This document shows positions 6,616-10,327 of a stretch of 10,327 nt of DNA, piece by piece. The position numbers were made by a program, and so were the translations under genes. Source of the stretch: Kiritimatiellia bacterium. Its GTDB lineage: Bacteria; Verrucomicrobiota; Kiritimatiellia; RFP12; JAAYLN01. The notes under the pieces are model-generated. The model searched no databases. It was not told where the DNA came from and saw only the letters and a list, made by a program, of their open reading frames with translations. Location of the stretch: contig JAQULY010000166.1 in NCBI GenBank assembly GCA_028718445.1, positions 1 through 10,327 on the forward strand, written 5' to 3'. Positions within the stretch are counted from its first letter, which is position 1, and each line of letters begins with the position of its first letter.

Positions 6616-6999
6616 ATGCCTGGAGGCAATGGAATGGGACCCATGGGAATGGGACCGATGACGGGGCGCGCAGCCGGATTCTGCGCGGGTTATGGGATGC
6701 CCGGCTACGCGAATCCAATGCCCGGACGCGGTTTCGGGATGGGCTTCGGCCGGGGCTTTGGCGGGCGCGGGGGCGGGCGCGGTTTTCGCAACCGTTTCTT
6801 CGCCACGGGAATGACCGGTTGGCAACGCGCCGCGACGGGTTGGGCGCCCGCGGTCGGCATGATGCCGCCGGAGTCCTACGCACCGGGCAAGGAACAAGTG
6901 CTGGCGGCACTGAAGAGCCAGGCCGAGTACACCGAGAGCGCGTTGGGCGATATCCGCAAACGCATCGAGGAACTCGAGTCCGCTCCGGAAGACAAGTAG
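6616..6999 (+). CDS. DUF5320-like Gly/Met/Arg-rich small protein with a C-terminal coiled-coil, 127 aa
   Basis: It starts at ATG 6616, with a GAGAGG SD 6 nt upstream, and reads MPGGNGMGPMGMGPMTGRAAGFCAGYGMPGYANPMPGRGFGMGFGRGFGGRGGGRGF... The protein ends in an amphipathic helix, EQVLAALKSQAEYTESALGDIRKRIEELES. The N-terminal MPxGxGxGPMG...GR.AG.CAG signature is that of the DUF5320 family as I recall it. The upstream part of the track ORF (6466-6615) is not supported. Confidence 0.72.
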   Translation: MPGGNGMGPMGMGPMTGRAAGFCAGYGMPGYANPMPGRGFGMGFGRGFGGRGGGRGFRNRFFATGMTGWQRAATGWAPAVGMMPPESYAPGKEQVLAALKSQAEYTESALGDIRKRIEELESAPEDK

Positions 7000-7012
7000 C
7001 GGGAGGTGTAAA

Positions 7013-7255
7013 ATGCCAAGAGGCGATGGAACTGGCCCGATGGGCGCCGGTCCAGGCAGCGGACGCGGTAGGGGGGGGGGCGGCATGGGCATGGGCGCGG
7101 GTCGCGGACGAGGCCGCATGGGAGGCCTTGGCCTTGGCGCGGGCGGCAACTGTGTCTGCCCGAAGTGCGGCAGGAGCGTTCCTCACGAGCGCGGTCAGCC
7201 GTGCGCCGGCCTGTCATGTCCTGTCTGTGGCGCCACGATGACAAGAGGGAACTGA
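7013..7255 (+). CDS. DUF5320-like Gly/Arg-rich mini-protein with a C-terminal C4 zinc ribbon, 80 aa
   Basis: A GGGAGG SD lies 6 nt upstream of ATG 7013. The protein reads MPRGDGTGPMGAGPGSGRGRGGGGMGMGAGRGRGRMGGLGLGAGG, followed by CVCPKCG-x18-CPVCG (CxxC...CxxC). It contains a G10 homopolymer at 7071-7080. Confidence 0.68.
   Translation: MPRGDGTGPMGAGPGSGRGRGGGGMGMGAGRGRGRMGGLGLGAGGNCVCPKCGRSVPHERGQPCAGLSCPVCGATMTRGN
7071..7080. repeat. Homopolymeric G10 tract inside the CDS 7013-7255 (encodes RGGGG)
   Basis: The sequence ggta-gggggggggg-cggc is read directly. A +/-1 slippage would frameshift before the zinc ribbon. Confidence 0.9.
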
Positions 7256-7264
7256 CGCCCCCTT

Positions 7265-8242
7265 ATGACGAACGCCCGCAAGCACTTGTTCGGCCCCGTG
7301 CCCTCCCGACGCTTCGGGCGTTCGCTGGGCGTTGACCTGACGCCATTCAAGACCTGCACGCTGGACTGTATCTTCTGCCAATTGGGGCGGACGACCAACC
7401 GGACGCTGGCGCGCCAGGAGTATGTTCCGACCGCTGAGGTCGAGGCCGAGATAGACGCCTGGCTGAAGGATGGCGGCAAGGCCGACTACATCACGCTGGC
7501 GGGATCGGGCGAGCCGACGCTCCACAGCCGGTTCGGCGAGGTGATACGCTACGCGCGCGAGCGTGCCGGCATGCCCGTAGCGCTGCTCTCCAATGGCACA
7601 CTGTTCGCTTTACCCGAGGTGCGGGAGGCGGCTCAAGCGGCATCGGTCGTCAAGTTATCGCTAAGCGCCTGGGACCAAGACTCCTTCGAGCATGTCAACC
7701 GGCCGCATCCGGGGCTGAATCTGGCGAGGATGGTCGAGGGGTACCGCGCCTTTCGTCGCGAGTTTCAGGGCAAGCTCTGGATGGAGGTTTTCCTGATCGG
7801 TGGAACGAATTCCGTGCCGCGGGATGTGGAGAGGATCGCGGCGCTTGTCGAATCCATCGCTCCTGACGAGATCCATCTCAACACGGCGGTGCGGCCGCCG
7901 GCCGAGGAGTTTGCGTTCCCCGTGCCGCGCAGGGAGATGGAGGCACTTGCGGGATTGTTCACTCCCGCCGCCAAGGCGATTGCCGAGTTCCCATCCGACA
8001 AGTCGGCCGACGTCGCAGCGAACGAGGGGACCATCCTGGCCATGCTGAGGCGGCGTCCCTGCACGGCGCAACAGATTGCCGGGGTATTCGGCATGCACCC
8101 GAACGAAGTCTCCAAGTACGTCGGCAAGCTATTGCGGACGGGCAAGGTTCGCGCTCAGACCACGGGCCCGGATGTGTACTACGTTGCCGGTTGCGGTCGG
8201 GACGCGTCTCGCGAAGGAAGCACTGGAAAGAGAGAACGATGA
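7265..8242 (+). CDS. Radical SAM superfamily enzyme (single CX3CX2C cluster: CTLDCIFC), family unassigned; 325 aa
   Basis: The N-terminus reads LFGPVPSRRFGRSLGVDLTPFKTCTLDCIFCQLG. A SAM/glycine-rich stretch ITLAGSGEPTL follows, then a TIM-barrel-like remainder and a small C-terminal helical domain. It lacks the extra Cys clusters of NifB, MoaA and SPASM enzymes. Its stop overlaps the next start (ATGA at 8239-8242). Confidence 0.88.
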   Translation: MTNARKHLFGPVPSRRFGRSLGVDLTPFKTCTLDCIFCQLGRTTNRTLARQEYVPTAEVEAEIDAWLKDGGKADYITLAGSGEPTLHSRFGEVIRYARERAGMPVALLSNGTLFALPEVREAAQAASVVKLSLSAWDQDSFEHVNRPHPGLNLARMVEGYRAFRREFQGKLWMEVFLIGGTNSVPRDVERIAALVESIAPDEIHLNTAVRPPAEEFAFPVPRREMEALAGLFTPAAKAIAEFPSDKSADVAANEGTILAMLRRRPCTAQQIAGVFGMHPNEVSKYVGKLLRTGKVRAQTTGPDVYYVAGCGRDASREGSTGKRER

Positions 8243-10068
8243 TTATCGCAGTTGCCAGCGGCAAGGGTGGAACGGGCAAGACGACCTTCGCGGTGAACCT
8301 GGCGTATGCGCTTGCCCAGCGCGGCGAGCGGGTGCGCTTGCTGGATTGCGACGTCGAAGAGCCCAACGACCATCTGTTCGTGAAACCTGGTTTCACCGAA
8401 GAGCACGACGTAGTGGTTCGGAAACCGGTGTGGGATGCGGCCAAGTGCACGGCCTGCGGCAAGTGCGCGAAGGCCTGCCACTACAACGCCATCGCACTGA
8501 TCAAGGGGAAGGTGCTGATTTTCAACGAACTGTGCCATTCCTGCGGCGTTTGCAGCTTCGTCTGTCCCGAAGGCGCGCTGACGGAGCGCGATGTCGCGAT
8601 CGGAACCGTGCAGGCGCAACCCGATCCTTCAAAGCATGTGCCGTTCGCGTTTGCGCACGGCACGCTGAACATCGGCGAGGCGCTGGCACCGAACGTCGTA
8701 AGGGCCGTCAAGGAGCACCTCGATCCGCGGGCGATCAATATCGTTGACGCCTCGCCGGGCACGGCCTGTCCCGTCGTCGCGGCCGTGAGAGGCGCCGAGG
8801 CGGCCCTGCTGGTGACGGAACCGACGCCATTCGGCCTGAACGATCTGAAACTGGCCGTCGGGTTGACACTGAAGATGGGCGTGCCTACGGGCATCGTGGT
8901 CAACCGCTCCGATGGGGAGGACAAGCTGATTGCCGAGTACGCCAAGGCGGCCGGTTTGCCGATCGCCGGCCGCATTCCCTTCAAGCGGGAGTATGCGGAG
9001 GCCTATTCGGGGGGAGCCATCCTGGTGGATGTTTTTCCCGAATTGCGGAAGAACCTGTTGGAGATTTACGACAACCTGCGCACCGCCAGGCCGGCCGTGC
9101 CGGTGGCAGCCGCATTCGAGCTGACATCCGGCGCGCCACCGCCCTTGGCGCGCGGCACGGCGGAGCGCTACACGGAGATCACGGTGATAAGCGGCAAGGG
9201 CGGCACCGGCAAGACCACGTTGGTCGCCGCGCTGGCGCACCTGGCGCGCGAGAAGGTGCTGGCCGACAACGACGTGGATGCCGCCGATCTGCACCTGCTG
9301 CTGGCGCCGCGGGTGCGCGAAATGCACGATTTTGCCGGCGGCGCGAAGGCGACGATCGAACCGGCGAAATGCGTGGTCTGCGGCCGGTGCGCGAAGGCCT
9401 GTCATTTCGACGCCATCCGCCAGGACGGTCTGGTCAACGGCATGGAGGAGGCAACCTACCGCATCGAGCCGCTGGCCTGCGAAGGGTGCGGGTTGTGCGT
9501 GCTGGTCTGTCCGGTGCAGGCCATCGCCAGCGAGCGCAGCGTGACCGGACAATGGTTTGTGTCTGGCACGGCGCAAGGTCCCATGGTGCATGCGCGTCTC
9601 GGCATCGCCGAGGAGAACTCCGGCAAGCTGGTCGCTCAGGTTCGCGACCGGGCAGCGAAGCTGGCGGAAGAACTGAAGCTGCCTTTGATTATGGGGGATG
9701 GGCCGCCCGGCACGGGCTGCCCGGTGATCGCCTCCGTTACGGGCACGGATTTAGTGGCCATTGTCACCGAGCCTACGGTCTCCGGCGTGCATGACATGGA
9801 GCGCGTGATGAAACTGGCGGCGCACTTCCGCGTGCCGACGGTGGTGGTGATCAACAAGGCCGACTTGAATACTGAGCAGGCGCGTCGCATCGAGGACATA
9901 GCCAAGGCACACGGATCGCGGGTGATTGGACGGATACCTTTCGACCGCTCCGTCAACGACGCGCTGATGGCGGGCAAGACGGTGATCGAATACGGACGAA
10001 GCGGCGCCGAAGAGTCCATCAGGGGAATCTGGAAGCGCCTTCAGGACGCGCTTGCGAGAATCGGTTAG
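8239..10068 (+). CDS. Tandem fusion of two MinD/ParA-superfamily P-loop ATPase modules, each with an inserted 2x[4Fe-4S] ferredoxin domain (COG1149-like x2); 609 aa
   Basis: Module 1: MIIAVASGKGGTGKTT...CTACGKCAKACHYNAI...CHSCGVCSFVCPEGAL...DASPGTACPV. Module 2 (from ~aa 320): ITVISGKGGTGKTT...CVVCGRCAKACHFDAI...CEGCGLCVLVCPVQAI...DGPPGTGCPV. Each module has the deviant Walker A KGGxGKT, two CxxCxxCxxxCP motifs and a GT(A/G)CP motif. The start is set at ATG 8239 (MIIAV...) with a purine-rich GGAAAGAGAG upstream. The track start at 8191 is a non-ATG codon. Confidence 0.9.
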   Translation: MIIAVASGKGGTGKTTFAVNLAYALAQRGERVRLLDCDVEEPNDHLFVKPGFTEEHDVVVRKPVWDAAKCTACGKCAKACHYNAIALIKGKVLIFNELCHSCGVCSFVCPEGALTERDVAIGTVQAQPDPSKHVPFAFAHGTLNIGEALAPNVVRAVKEHLDPRAINIVDASPGTACPVVAAVRGAEAALLVTEPTPFGLNDLKLAVGLTLKMGVPTGIVVNRSDGEDKLIAEYAKAAGLPIAGRIPFKREYAEAYSGGAILVDVFPELRKNLLEIYDNLRTARPAVPVAAAFELTSGAPPPLARGTAERYTEITVISGKGGTGKTTLVAALAHLAREKVLADNDVDAADLHLLLAPRVREMHDFAGGAKATIEPAKCVVCGRCAKACHFDAIRQDGLVNGMEEATYRIEPLACEGCGLCVLVCPVQAIASERSVTGQWFVSGTAQGPMVHARLGIAEENSGKLVAQVRDRAAKLAEELKLPLIMGDGPPGTGCPVIASVTGTDLVAIVTEPTVSGVHDMERVMKLAAHFRVPTVVVINKADLNTEQARRIEDIAKAHGSRVIGRIPFDRSVNDALMAGKTVIEYGRSGAEESIRGIWKRLQDALARIG

Positions 10069-10095
10069 GCTAAACGAATTGGAGCAACAACATGC

Positions 10096-10112
10096 CATGT
10101 CACGTTGACATG
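10096..10112. promoter_or_regulatory. Perfect 17-bp palindrome CATGTCA-cgt-TGACATG, 28 nt after the end of the cluster
   Basis: Read directly. It has no GC-rich stem or T-run, so it is not a typical terminator. It overlaps a potential small-ORF start (ATG 10092, with GGAG 7 nt upstream). Confidence 0.3.
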
Positions 10113-10327
10113 CACAGCCTGCCCAAAGATGGGCGCCTTTCGAGCGACTGGCCGCGCCGTACGATGGCTGGTTCGACAGCGATAGAGGTCGGCGCAACAA
10201 CTGGTCGCTCAAGTAAGAAGAAAACGGATGGTTAATGACGACCATAGGGCGCAAGAGTACCGACGACATTCGTGAAGTCACATGAAAAAGCAAATCGCAA
10301 CGCCGCAGGACGATCCGCTTTTCGGAC

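Noticed and set aside
6609-7241. 210-aa plus-strand ORF spanning both small Gly-rich genes in a different frame
   Set aside because: It crosses the well-supported stop, SD and start junction at 6999-7013 and encodes Arg/Ala low-complexity sequence with no start-site support.
7265-8242. Calling the radical SAM enzyme NifB
   Set aside because: It has only the canonical CX3CX2C triad and two further scattered Cys. NifB requires additional K1/K2 cluster ligands and a fused NifX-like domain. It is therefore left as an unassigned radical SAM family.
8629-9591. 320-aa minus-strand ORF, plus 7661-8145, 7959-8462, 8179-8619 and 8481-8984 on the minus strand
   Set aside because: They are antisense to the radical SAM and MinD-Fd genes, whose frames carry unambiguous CX3CX2C, Walker A and ferredoxin motifs.

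Overview
High-GC (~65%) bacterial window, probably proteobacterial, with two divergent gene blocks. The minus-strand block (1-3571) holds the 5' end of an ABC-transporter ATPase gene, a YqiK-type flotillin (SPFH/band-7) gene, its YqiJ/NfeD-like membrane partner, and a lone prepilin peptidase pilD. A 204-bp element bounded by 20-bp terminal inverted repeats lies between pilD and yqiJ. A ~500-bp repeat-rich divergent intergenic region (3572-4078) follows. The plus-strand block (4079-10068) starts with a PAS-containing sigma-54-dependent activator (PAS-AAA+-Fis HTH, GAFTGA present). It is followed by a tightly packed six-gene cluster: two NifX/NafY-like small proteins, two Gly/Arg/Met-rich DUF5320-like mini-proteins (one with a C4 zinc ribbon), a radical SAM enzyme, and a single 609-aa polypeptide fusing two MinD/ParA-type P-loop ATPase modules, each with an inserted 2x[4Fe-4S] ferredoxin domain. 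This cluster resembles a nitrogenase-cofactor-assembly triad (radical SAM, NifX-like carrier, NifH/Mrp-like Fe-S ATPase) but sits outside any nif context. I regard it as the most interesting and least characterised content of the window. A 10-G homopolymer lies inside one of the small genes. No rRNA, tRNA or CRISPR was seen. The long ORFs antisense to the real genes are GC-driven artefacts.
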